Assembly: GCA_028689495.1 (NCBI GenBank)
Contig: JAQTWB010000004.1
Span: forward strand, 2,463-66,462
DNA length: 64,000 bases
Direction: 5' to 3'
Source of the DNA: a bacterium
Lineage (GTDB): Bacteria > Bdellovibrionota_C > UBA2361 > SZUA-149 > JAQTWB01
Shown: piece after piece, positions 1 to 8,883 of the stretch
Position numbering within the stretch: the stretch's first letter is position 1
Layout: every line of letters starts with the position of its first letter
The notes under the pieces: generated by a model
Databases searched by the model: none
What the model was told of the DNA's origin: nothing
What the model saw: only the letters and a program-made list of their open reading frames with translations
Program-made: the position numbers and the translations under genes

Positions 1-1616
1 AACCATGAATATCCGCCCAACCAGGATGATTCAACCTCATCCTCATCACTCGTTTCTGTCCCATCCAGATAAAAGTGTTCATTTTCCGCGGTTTTCGCCT
101 TGCCAGGAGGATAAAAGTCTTCCTTTTTCGATGTCAGCAGATTTTCGCCATCTATTTTAAGCCCCTCTAGATAAACACCCGCTCCAGCGAGATATTCTCC
201 GACAATTCGCTGCTTGGGCATGCCAGGAGCATATAGAAGTGACTGGGAAAATATCCAGCCGGATAGGTCGAGGTCATTTTTCTTTGCGGCATCAACAGCC
301 GTTACCAAATAAAAATTTGCTGCGGCTCGCCTGACACTGGCGCTAGCGAGGGCGAATTGACGCAAAACGCCATAACGTCGCTCAAAAGCACCTACCCGTA
401 TTCTTTGGGCCGCGTCTTCTGTCAATGAAAGGCGAGAAAGTATTTCGATGAGCGTCACTCGGGAAAAACTTGTTGTGTGCATCGGGTCAACAGACGCGTA
501 GGCAGTCAAAACAGGAATAAATGCCTGAGGATGCTGTCGGCCCAGTTCGGCAACAAATTCACTTTTCAGGCGCTCGAAAAAACGAACAAAGACATGATCA
601 TGCCCGATATCAATTACATCTCGTGCGGTCACCCAACTGCTACGAGAAGCCTGAACCTCCCTGATGTAAGCCAAAAACTCTGTATCTGTATAGAAAGGAC
701 GACCGCGACCTATCACTCTTGCGTATAGTCGTTGAAACATCACGGCCGCAACACGAAGTGAACGACCCAGTTCCGGATTAACGGAAGTAATTCGATTGAC
801 GAAACGATAGGCCGGGCTTCCCGGGATCAGACCATCAGTTGAGGTCCACTCATCAGTTTGGAATCGCTCTATCAGGGAGGCTAAAGCCTCCTTGCGTATG
901 AGAGGCAAAACTTTGTCCTTATATGCGGGAAGTTTTTGCAGGTTAAAGGAGGCAATAAGCGAAAGATCCGCTCCTTCATCACCCCTAATCGCAGCAACAA
1001 TCGCAGCGGCACCCCGAACAGGTGATGTAGCCACATTTCCTGAAGGAGACTGTCGGTCGGCTCGTTTATCAACCATGAGCGACGGACCGACCTGCCTTTT
1101 TAAAACCTGCGAAGTGGTGCTTTCCGGCTGAGTAACCTCGAGCGGTGGAAGCTCCGCCTGCGGTGGACGATGAGTTTCTGTTTCTTGTTTAACAACCGGA
1201 TCGGAATCTATAAGCCGGGCAAGTTCAATCTCTGCAAGCCTGATTTCTTCCTGTTTTTTGGCGATTAAATCGGCTTCGGTTGTTTTTGTTGTATTGGCGG
1301 TCGATAAAGGAGTGGCTTCAGTAGACTGATCCTCCAGTCGAGCTCGACCGGTATTTTGTTGTTTGGCAAGACTTTCGGCATCCCGCCTTTCGAGAAGACT
1401 TCGTTCAAACGCATTATTTGCCAGGCTGGCGTCCCAGAACACAGCAGGATTTACGGTATCTTCTTCCCCTTCATTTGCGTCGAGTCCGGGAATCATCAGC
1501 ATTGAGTCACTGACGAGCACTTCTAACCCCAGCCATGCAGAAACAGGCGCGAGCGAGACGGCGGCGGCGAAAAAGCCAATGGCAAACAAAATTACATTAA
1601 CCGTAACCCTGGACAT
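1..1616 (-). CDS. hypothetical membrane-anchored or secreted protein; C-terminus runs off the left edge of the window
   Basis: Hand translation of the minus strand from ATG 1616..1614 (MSRVTVNVILFAIGFFAAAVSLAPVSAWLG...) was checked codon by codon down to ~1020. It appears open to position 1. It is absent from the ORF track because it has no stop in the window. It has an N-terminal hydrophobic helix, then an acidic coiled-coil-like linker (KKQEEIRLAEIELARL). No family recognised. Confidence 0.5.
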   Translation of the reverse strand, partial: MSRVTVNVILFAIGFFAAAVSLAPVSAWLGLEVLVSDSMLMIPGLDANEGEEDTVNPAVFWDASLANNAFERSLLERRDAESLAKQQNTGRARLEDQSTEATPLSTANTTKTTEADLIAKKQEEIRLAEIELARLIDSDPVVKQETETHRPPQAELPPLEVTQPESTTSQVLKRQVGPSLMVDKRADRQSPSGNVATSPVRGAAAIVAAIRGDEGADLSLIASFNLQKLPAYKDKVLPLIRKEALASLIERFQTDEWTSTDGLIPGSPAYRFVNRITSVNPELGRSLRVAAVMFQRLYARVIGRGRPFYTDTEFLAYIREVQASRSSWVTARDVIDIGHDHVFVRFFERLKSEFVAELGRQHPQAFIPVLTAYASVDPMHTTSFSRVTLIEILSRLSLTEDAAQRIRVGAFERRYGVLRQFALASASVRRAAANFYLVTAVDAAKKNDLDLSGWIFSQSLLYAPGMPKQRIVGEYLAGAGVYLEGLKIDGENLLTSKKEDFYPPGKAKTAENEHFYLDGTETSDEDEVESSWLGGYSW

Positions 1617-1886
1617 ACTTCTCCGCAGGGGGCCCGCCTATTCAAACAGCAATAAGCAGATATTCGTTTAATTGAGCCCGCAATTCACCGTCATCAAATT
1701 AAAAATCGATTATCCTCCAACCAAAAGGCTATATAGACTGCAGCTGATACAGGCGGCCAATGCTTTAATGACTAACCCGGTTCCAGTTTGAACTGCGAAG
1801 CTTCCTGCCTGAGGCGCGGCAAAGATACACTAATTTATTTAGAAACTCAATCCCTAGCAAAGCAATAGGGTTTGGATAGGTGCAGC

Positions 1887-3038
1887 TTAGCGTCCTTTCT
1901 TCAGCTCGCTGAGCAGTATGCTGTATTCATTGGTTATTTTGTCCCAATTGAACAAGCTTCGCGCCCGAACGAATGCCTTTCGGCGATATTCCTTAACCGT
2001 CTCTGAATTGGAGAGGAGCTTGGCGATTAAAGCTGAAAGCTCCTTTTCGTTGTTCGTATCATAAACCAGAGCAGCATCTCCAACGACCTCGCGATTTTCC
2101 GGTGTGCCATTGGCAATTATACAATTGGCAAAACCCATCGCCTCGACCAGCGCAGGATGCGTACCGCCCACTTCGGTCGCCTGAATATAAAAGTTGGCAC
2201 CTAATTGGAGGTTCACATAATCTTCGCGGAATCGATAACCAGCGAAAATTACTCCATCGCCAGCCAGTTCATGCAGACTTTGTTTGTATGAATCAGCGTA
2301 AGGTGCATCGCCAACAATCACCAACGGGATTTTCGGAGAAGGCAGGGAGTTATAAGCGGCGATTACCCTATGAGCGTTATTTTCCGGTTCCAGCCGACTG
2401 ACATAAAGAATGTAAGAGCCTTTTTTTATACCAAGGTCGGAAAATATCTCCTCTGGAAGCTCAAGCTCGTCGTTTTCTTTTCCGGCGGCTTTTGCTTCCA
2501 CGACCTTTGGAGAACGTTCAGAGAAGCCATAACGAATAACAGATGAATCAATTCTGTACGTGGCTTTGTAATAATCACGGATAACATCGGCATCAGAAAT
2601 CACCTTATTGGCCATCATTACGGATGACAACTCACCAAGGCGGTACCAGAGTTTGCCAAGAGAACTCCATTTGGCCCGTTTTCGCTCTATCCCATCCACA
2701 TTTACAGCTACCGGAATACGCCGCAGGCGTGGCACCCAAATAAAAGGACTGTTTGCCGCATTGCAAAGCAGAATGACATCCACCGGATTAAATAGAATAT
2801 GAAGAAAGCTCAAAAACGTATGAACTGGTGTTTCCAGGTACTTGTGTCGTGGAGCGGGAAGAAGCTTGATTCTCACCCCCCGGTAAGTGTTTTGCTTGTA
2901 ATTGATCACATGACTACGGCCATAGACAATTACATCATGACCTTGGTTTGCCAGACGGTGACTAATTTCTTCGGCAAAAGTTTCAAAACCGCCATAACAG
3001 GCAGGGATTCCTCTAGTCCCACAAATCGCTATTTTCAT
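1887..3038 (-). CDS. glycosyltransferase, DUF1972-type N-terminus plus GT1/GT4 C-terminal domain (WchF/RgpA-like)
   Basis: The N-terminus MKIAICGTRGIPACYGGFETFAEEIS is the characteristic DUF1972 start. The C-terminal EVGGTHPALVEAMGFANCIIA resembles the GT-B nucleotide-sugar binding motif. Confidence 0.85.
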   Translation of the reverse strand: MKIAICGTRGIPACYGGFETFAEEISHRLANQGHDVIVYGRSHVINYKQNTYRGVRIKLLPAPRHKYLETPVHTFLSFLHILFNPVDVILLCNAANSPFIWVPRLRRIPVAVNVDGIERKRAKWSSLGKLWYRLGELSSVMMANKVISDADVIRDYYKATYRIDSSVIRYGFSERSPKVVEAKAAGKENDELELPEEIFSDLGIKKGSYILYVSRLEPENNAHRVIAAYNSLPSPKIPLVIVGDAPYADSYKQSLHELAGDGVIFAGYRFREDYVNLQLGANFYIQATEVGGTHPALVEAMGFANCIIANGTPENREVVGDAALVYDTNNEKELSALIAKLLSNSETVKEYRRKAFVRARSLFNWDKITNEYSILLSELKKGR

Positions 3039-3054
3039 GACGGTTCCTGCCTCA

Positions 3055-3124
3055 TATATCGTTTCAAAAAATGGTTTTAACTTTTAGCGGAAAAAAATCA
3101 AAGATCTTTCACTCTTTTCGTAAT
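3055..3124. repeat. copy 1 of a ~70-nt conserved intergenic element (family A); boundaries approximate
   Basis: TATATCGTTTCAAAAAATGGTTTTAACTTTTAGCGGAAAAAAATCAAAGATCTTTCACTCTTTT aligns with 8743..8808 and 14758..14826. It lies in the divergent intergenic region between 1887..3038 (-) and 3231..4940 (+). Confidence 0.7.
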
Positions 3125-3230
3125 TGAATTGGTATTGGAGATATCTGAAAATAGCCACACAGAGTATTTTTCAATGCCCCGGCAATCTGCAATAAATCGG
3201 GGGTAAACAAAACCTAATCAATATTAACTC

Positions 3231-4940
3231 ATGTTCAATTCCATCAAGAAGTTGCGGCAACCTGAAGTCTTTTCTCCAGAGTTCCCCTGGGAAGCCTACG
3301 GGGTAAAGCGCCGACTTGCCGACTCCCCACTGCTTTCTGTGATCCTGCCAGTCTATAATCAGAGCCATTACATTTTTCGGGCAGTAGAATCGATACTTTC
3401 GCAAAAAGGGGTCAGACTTGAAATCGTACTGGTCAATGATGGTTCCACCGATAACCTGCGTCAGGAGATAGCTCGGTTGCAAGAATCCCCTCAGGTGAAA
3501 ATTTACCACAAAGAAAAAAATGAGGGATTGGCAGAAGCGCTCAATACCGGGTTTGATTATTGTCGTGGTGCTTTTGTCACATGGACTTCAGCTGACAATA
3601 TATACCTTCCAGGTGCACTGTCCCGCATGCAATGCTATCTTCTCGCCAATCCAGCGGTGGGCATGGTTTATGGCAACATGGAGTTGATTGACGACAACGA
3701 TCAATTGATTCCGGCAAAACACTTTCGCCCTGCTGAAGCTGTCGCCGACTCACCAAGGCTCGATTTGCCCCGCAATACAGATTCCTTGCTTGCATATCCT
3801 GATAACTTCGTTGGAGCCTGCTTCTTGTTGAGGCGTGCCGCTTGGCAGGCCGCAGGAAAACATCGAAGCCGCTTTAATGGAGCCGAAGATTATGATTTCT
3901 GGCTATCGGTGAAAATCCAGTGGCCTATTGTCAGATTGCCGGAAAAAACACCCTATTATCGCTATCGTTTGCACGGCAACAGCCTGACTGTCAATCTTGG
4001 AAGTTCATTCATAGTACAAAACACAATCGATGCTTTGTGTGATTACCATGTGAGGCAAGCAACCAGTTCTGACTCGGCTGTTCCCTTGTCACAAACATTG
4101 AAACAACAATCGCCCGAAGATTGTGATTATGTCACGATCGATATCCGCGATCCTTTGGAACTTTTTGAGACCAAATCATCAGCTCAAACAATGCTCTTGT
4201 CTCAAGAGGATAGTCTTCCCAAAATAAGTTTTTCTTCAATTTTACGTCGCAGTTATTGCAGTGATTTTCAAAGTGTCACCAACCAGGAGAAAGGAACCAA
4301 GCTTCTGTATATCCCTTTAAACCATGATGACCCCTTGGTTTCGCTTCATTCATTAAAATGTCTGTCACCAAAGTCTGGTTTTCGCCGAACAGTTGTTTTT
4401 ATTGCGTCAACCGAATCCGAGATGCTTGCTGATAGTCACCATACCCAAAATTGTCCTGTCAATTTAATCGACAATCTCTCGATTTCTCCCATTGCTTTGT
4501 CCAGTGAATATCTTGAAGAGAGTCAAGAACTTCACAAGCAAGTAAATGATCAAAGAACAACCATTGCCGGAGCATACCAACGTGCCCTCACCTTTCTTAT
4601 TTCTGGTGTCGATGCCTTGTTTTTTACAGTCTCCGACCAACTGTTGGCAAGTGACCCGCAATTGGTACTTTCAGCTGTATATCGCCGACTGATATTGGGA
4701 GCAATTTCCCGGCGCCCTCTTGTCCTGACTTCAAAATTATTTCAGCGGGTGCAGGAACTTGCTGAGGGACGACAAGACCAACCCCCGTCCCCTTCCGCAG
4801 TAATAATTTTGCTTTCCCCTCACATCCTTTCTGCTTCCCAGGCATCAAAGTTATCCGGGGGGGATTTGGCGAAGTTTGTTTCTGTTGGCTCATATGAGCA
4901 GGTTCTGATGCGGATTAACCGGGGGACTACACATCTTTGA
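3231..4940 (+). CDS. family-2 glycosyltransferase with a ~300-aa C-terminal extension of unknown function
   Basis: The N-terminal ~260 aa carry GT2 hallmarks (LSVILPVYNQSHYIFRAVESILSQ, VNDGSTD, DADN-like SADNIY). Residues ~270-569 match nothing I recognise. Confidence 0.8.
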   Translation: MFNSIKKLRQPEVFSPEFPWEAYGVKRRLADSPLLSVILPVYNQSHYIFRAVESILSQKGVRLEIVLVNDGSTDNLRQEIARLQESPQVKIYHKEKNEGLAEALNTGFDYCRGAFVTWTSADNIYLPGALSRMQCYLLANPAVGMVYGNMELIDDNDQLIPAKHFRPAEAVADSPRLDLPRNTDSLLAYPDNFVGACFLLRRAAWQAAGKHRSRFNGAEDYDFWLSVKIQWPIVRLPEKTPYYRYRLHGNSLTVNLGSSFIVQNTIDALCDYHVRQATSSDSAVPLSQTLKQQSPEDCDYVTIDIRDPLELFETKSSAQTMLLSQEDSLPKISFSSILRRSYCSDFQSVTNQEKGTKLLYIPLNHDDPLVSLHSLKCLSPKSGFRRTVVFIASTESEMLADSHHTQNCPVNLIDNLSISPIALSSEYLEESQELHKQVNDQRTTIAGAYQRALTFLISGVDALFFTVSDQLLASDPQLVLSAVYRRLILGAISRRPLVLTSKLFQRVQELAEGRQDQPPSPSAVIILLSPHILSASQASKLSGGDLAKFVSVGSYEQVLMRINRGTTHL

Positions 4941-5123
4941 GGGAAGCTCTCGACCTTCATACTTGGCTCATTTTACCCACAAGCCCTGAATATATATGTT
5001 GCAAAGCCGTCAATTGACTAGGTATCCTCCTGACAACTGGCACAGGCGAGGTTTCATGGCAATTCTGGCGCGCGAGAGCTGGCGAAGTGTTAATTTTAAC
5101 TATTTATTTGGAAGACATCACCT

Positions 5124-5894
5124 ATGACTCTATTTTCAAAAAGAGCAATTGGAACATTTGCAGTGGCTGTGGGCATGCTGACGGCCGTCACCTCTTCGGC
5201 ATACGCCGCTCCAACTGAACAGGAATTCAAGGAAGCCATGGGGCAATACCTTGGCAAAGAGGAAAATCTGGATCAACTCGGGCAAGCTCTGGAGTCTTAT
5301 TTCCAGAAAAAGCAGGAAAAGGCTCGTGCCAGTCAGGCCAAAGAAGAAGAAGCCAGTATTGAAGAGCAATTCAAAAATCCTGTAAAGGTTGATATTGGCT
5401 CGAGCCCGGTTCGTGGCAGTGCCGATGCACCTGTAACAATCGTCGAATTTTCTGATTTTCAGTGCCCATACTGCTCGCGAGGAAAGGCGGTCATGGAAGA
5501 AGTCCTGAAAAGCTATCCCGGTAAAGTGAAGGTCGTTTTCAAGAACCTGCCACTGCCATTCCACCCAGAAGCAGAACCAGCAGCGATTGCCGCTCTTGCT
5601 GCTGGCAAACAGGGTAAATTCTGGGAAATGCATGATTTGTTGTTCGATAACCAGGCAGAACTTTCATCGGCAAAATATCTTGAATTCGCCGGAAAACTTG
5701 GTCTCGACTTGAACAAATTCAAAGACGACCTTGACTCAGCCGAAGTCAAGAAGGCGGTTAAGGATGATGCCGAGCTTGCTGGTTCTTTGGGAGTTAGGGG
5801 CACACCAGGATTTTTTGTTAACGGTGTGCAGGTCAAGGGCGCCAGACCAGCTGCATATTTCAACACTTTGATCGACCGCTGGTTGGCCAAGTAA
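5124..5894 (+). CDS. DsbA-family thiol:disulfide oxidoreductase, secreted
   Basis: Signal peptide (AVAVGMLTAVTSSAYAA). Thioredoxin CxxC motif in FSDFQCPYCSRG. GGAAG lies 9 nt upstream of the ATG. Confidence 0.85.
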   Translation: MTLFSKRAIGTFAVAVGMLTAVTSSAYAAPTEQEFKEAMGQYLGKEENLDQLGQALESYFQKKQEKARASQAKEEEASIEEQFKNPVKVDIGSSPVRGSADAPVTIVEFSDFQCPYCSRGKAVMEEVLKSYPGKVKVVFKNLPLPFHPEAEPAAIAALAAGKQGKFWEMHDLLFDNQAELSSAKYLEFAGKLGLDLNKFKDDLDSAEVKKAVKDDAELAGSLGVRGTPGFFVNGVQVKGARPAAYFNTLIDRWLAK

Positions 5895-5943
5895 ACTTGT
5901 TGCCCTAAAGTCAGTGCTCGGGGTGAATACTCGGGCATTAAAA

Positions 5944-5980
5944 TAAAAAGACAGGGCTAGTCCCTGCCTTTTTATTTTTG
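5944..5980. terminator. bidirectional rho-independent terminator between convergent genes
   Basis: AAAAAGACAGGG-CTAGT-CCCTGCCTTTTT hairpin with one mismatch. It is flanked by an A-run upstream and TTTTTATTTTT downstream. Confidence 0.6.
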
Positions 5981-6121
5981 CGATAGGACCCAGATAAAGA
6001 TTTTTGTTTTTCGTATTGAAAAGGTGTGGCAGTCACGTAACTTGTTTCATTCGGGGGGCTAGTGCACACTGGTTCCATTGCTCAGCGCTCACTTCAGGAC
6101 TTGAATGTCGATTTACCCGGG

Positions 6122-7168
6122 TTAGCCCAGCAAGCAATTTAGCACTTCTTCCCAGGTATTGATCTGAAAACTATCACAGGCATTTCCGACCAGCTTCGCA
6201 TAAAGGACTTTGTCGTCATAAAGTCGATTTACTGATGTAGCAATTCCTTCAACCGAAGGCTCACTGATCAGTCCATTAACCTCATCCCTGACAAATTCCA
6301 ATACCCCGCCGCTGTCATGTGCTGTGATTATCGGTTTACCTGATGCCAACCCCTCAAGAGTCACAAAGCCATAGTCTTCGTCATAGGGAGCATAATAAAC
6401 AGCGAAGGCGTTAGAGTACAAATTCAACAACTCATCTTCGGAAACTCTTCCGAGAAATTCAACCCGCTGCCAGAGATGATGTTTAGAAATTTCGTTATTG
6501 AGATATTCGGCAATTGAAGATTCATCTGGCACTCCAACTACCTTGAGCGACAATAGAGGATTGATCTTTGCCATAGCTTTGACAATCAAATCTACCCGCT
6601 TGATGCTACAAATTCGCCCAACACTGAGGATATAATTCTCCGGTGCTGCCGTAAAATACCGTTTGCCTAATGGCAAAGGAGGAGTGAGCACCCCACTGTC
6701 CAGTCCAAGATATCGTGACAACCGGCCAGCAACATTTGCTGAAATGCTGTAGACAGAGCGACACTCGGAAAGTCCTTCCAGATCAGCTTCAACAACGAAT
6801 TGGCGCAGGGCTTCATCTTCAAATGCCAGTTCACAGGCGCCAAATCGGGAGCCAAACAAATCATAAAGTTGACGATGCTGGTGAACCAGCCAAGTGGCCT
6901 TGCGTGGATGTTTAACCAGATATGAGGGGAATTTTGTTGGTATGACAATATCAACTTTCCTTCCAGCCACTGTTGACAGGTCGAGACTTCTCCACATGCG
7001 TACCTGATTGACCAGGTTTTCAGGAGAATCAGCCTGGAACGGCAACTGCACCAGATCTACATTGCAACCGGCGGCCTTAAGTTGAGCAATAAGACCATCA
7101 ACGAGAATTTCTGCGCCGCCACGAGTGAACGGGACCTGTGTTGCGGCAACCAGAACGTTGAGATTCAT
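6122..7168 (-). CDS. family-4 (GT-B) glycosyltransferase
   Basis: The C-terminal EDYGFVTLEGLASGKPIITAHDSGGVLEFV is the GT4 E-x7-E region. I place the start at ATG 7168, which forms an ATGA overlap with the stop of the upstream methyltransferase. The ORF track extends to 7195. Confidence 0.85.
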   Translation of the reverse strand: MNLNVLVAATQVPFTRGGAEILVDGLIAQLKAAGCNVDLVQLPFQADSPENLVNQVRMWRSLDLSTVAGRKVDIVIPTKFPSYLVKHPRKATWLVHQHRQLYDLFGSRFGACELAFEDEALRQFVVEADLEGLSECRSVYSISANVAGRLSRYLGLDSGVLTPPLPLGKRYFTAAPENYILSVGRICSIKRVDLIVKAMAKINPLLSLKVVGVPDESSIAEYLNNEISKHHLWQRVEFLGRVSEDELLNLYSNAFAVYYAPYDEDYGFVTLEGLASGKPIITAHDSGGVLEFVRDEVNGLISEPSVEGIATSVNRLYDDKVLYAKLVGNACDSFQINTWEEVLNCLLG

Positions 7169-8628
7169 TGCTTGGGAACCCTGGCTACAGCGCAATAATC
7201 CTGGTAGCCGAAAAGCAAATCATTGAGTCGTAGTATATTGTCGTTCAATCCACGCATGGCAATCTGCCAACGCGCTGGCAAGTGGGCAGAAACGTCTACC
7301 TCTTTAAGTAATCCTTCCTCGGGATACTGGGAGCGCATAAGCACTTCCTCGGCCTGAAGACCCTGGAGCTGCATCATATAGGACAGAGTATCAGGATGAA
7401 CTGGCCAGACATGTGTAGGATCGCGGAAAAAATTTCGCGCGAGTGCGGCGAATGACTGCGGATTGATAGTCTCAAGCAGGACAGCTCCCCCCGGCACAAC
7501 TTTTTTTGCGGCCAAACGCAATAATTTTTCCAAATCTTCTCGTTGAAGATGTTCAACAATTTGCGCCCCAAAAAGGCCGCCAAGAGAAGAATCATCACAC
7601 CGCGCAAGATAGTCCAGGCAGTTGATATGAACAACCTCATGCCCTTTTTCAGTGCTGCGACGTACCATAGCGGTATCAAGATCGACCCCCATTGCTGGAA
7701 TTCCAGAGTCCTTTAAACAATCAAGGAATTCTCCCCTGCCACAACCGATATCAAGCACCGGTTTGTCCGCACCTTTGAAATAACCCACATAGTCAACAAC
7801 CCGCTCACGAATCAGCTGCTCATCTCCGCGAAAACGATTTTCAAACAACAGATAATCAACACCGTTCTCGCCAAGTGGCCAGCATTTTGTCTTGTTTGCA
7901 GAAGAGGAACTAACGATCTCACCTGCTTTGTCGGAGGCAGTCACAGTACAGGTATTATCTTTGTGGTCGTTTTGTTTGATGCCGTCAGTGCGAGATAGCA
8001 TTGCCAGACAACGTTCAAGTCCAAGTACTGCACTATTTACTGTGGCCAGCTCGGAAGCGGTTTGTGAGGCAGTTGCACCAATCCTTTCCTGCTGCCCGGT
8101 AAGGGCGGTGATGCTTTGCTGCAACCCACGCTCTGAAGATCTCAGGGTAGACGTTGCTTCATCATACAACCGATCGATTCGCTCGTTCATACCCGAAACA
8201 TCGTTGTCAATTTTTTCCACTATCTGCCAAAAAATTTCAGCATCACGTGAGTCGACATATTTGGCCGTGGCGTTAAGATAGCGGACAAGATTACTTTGAA
8301 AATGCCGTTCTCGTTCAAGATAATCTTTCAAAAGGTATTTCCAGGCGAGATCAAGAAAGAATTTCTTGAGTCTAACAATGACCTTGCCAATAACTGGCCG
8401 GTGAGAAGTGATCTGGAATGAGGTAAACCAATCACCCCAGTGACAATTAAGATAGTTTAATTCTTCCAAGTAGATAAGTGGAGCAGCTCTTTCTCCTTCT
8501 TTGGGTGGTCGCGGTTGATAAGCTACTTTCCGTGCTCGACTGTCATCTGCCGAACACGAAGCAAGAATACTCGCGCGAATTTCTGACATGATTTTGTCAA
8601 CATTTGGTGCCTGGCCTGCTTTTCCCAT
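7165..8628 (-). CDS. class I SAM-dependent methyltransferase with N-terminal coiled-coil region (O-antigen chain-terminator-like architecture)
   Basis: SAM-binding motif VLDIGCGRGEFLDCLKDSGIPAMGVDLD in the C-terminal half. The N-terminal ~230 aa are heptad-like and helical (IFWQIVEKIDNDVSGMNERIDRLYDEATSTLRSSERGLQQSITALTGQQ). Confidence 0.8.
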   Translation of the reverse strand: MGKAGQAPNVDKIMSEIRASILASCSADDSRARKVAYQPRPPKEGERAAPLIYLEELNYLNCHWGDWFTSFQITSHRPVIGKVIVRLKKFFLDLAWKYLLKDYLERERHFQSNLVRYLNATAKYVDSRDAEIFWQIVEKIDNDVSGMNERIDRLYDEATSTLRSSERGLQQSITALTGQQERIGATASQTASELATVNSAVLGLERCLAMLSRTDGIKQNDHKDNTCTVTASDKAGEIVSSSSANKTKCWPLGENGVDYLLFENRFRGDEQLIRERVVDYVGYFKGADKPVLDIGCGRGEFLDCLKDSGIPAMGVDLDTAMVRRSTEKGHEVVHINCLDYLARCDDSSLGGLFGAQIVEHLQREDLEKLLRLAAKKVVPGGAVLLETINPQSFAALARNFFRDPTHVWPVHPDTLSYMMQLQGLQAEEVLMRSQYPEEGLLKEVDVSAHLPARWQIAMRGLNDNILRLNDLLFGYQDYCAVARVPKQ

Positions 8629-8742
8629 CTTTTCCTCATGAAATCATTTGCCGGGGTGCACGCATAACCGCAACATAGAAAACCCCCTATTCTGCGCTAA
8701 CCAGTATCAATTCCAAGGGAAATAATCCACCCGACCACCTTC

Positions 8743-8808
8743 GTATAGCGTTTCAAAAAATGGTCTCAACTTTCAGCTGCAAAAATCAAAGATTTTTCAC
8801 TTTTTATT
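8743..8808. repeat. copy 2 of the family A intergenic element
   Basis: TATAGCGTTTCAAAAAATGGTCTCAACTTTCAGCTGCAAAAATCAAAGATTTTTCACTTTTT. The core CGTTTCAAAAAATGGT is identical to copy 1. It lies in the divergent region between 7165..8628 (-) and 8884..11127 (+). Confidence 0.7.
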
Positions 8809-8883
8809 GAGCGATGAAAAGCAGGTAACAGCACTAGCCCAGAAATTGCATGTAAGTTCGCGGTTAAAACTTCACCGCTTCTA

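Noticed and set aside
3071-3127. Mini-ORFs inside family A elements (MVLTFSGKKSKIFHSFRN; MVSTFSCKNQRFFTFY)
   Set aside because: The peptides share only the first ~7 residues. A 1-nt indel shifts the frame while nucleotide identity continues. Copy 3 has ATA instead of ATG, and none has an RBS. Conservation is therefore at the DNA/RNA level.
5136-5938. Two minus-strand ORFs (165 and 141 aa) overlapping the DsbA gene
   Set aside because: They are antisense shadows of a gene with a signal peptide and a CxxC motif. Their translations are not protein-like.
8840-8856. Sigma-54-like TAGCCCAGAAATTGCA upstream of the histidine kinase
   Set aside because: The essential -24 GG is AG here. The similar TGGCAAGAGCTTGAC at ~58509 has the wrong spacing and no GC. 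Neither is reported as a promoter.
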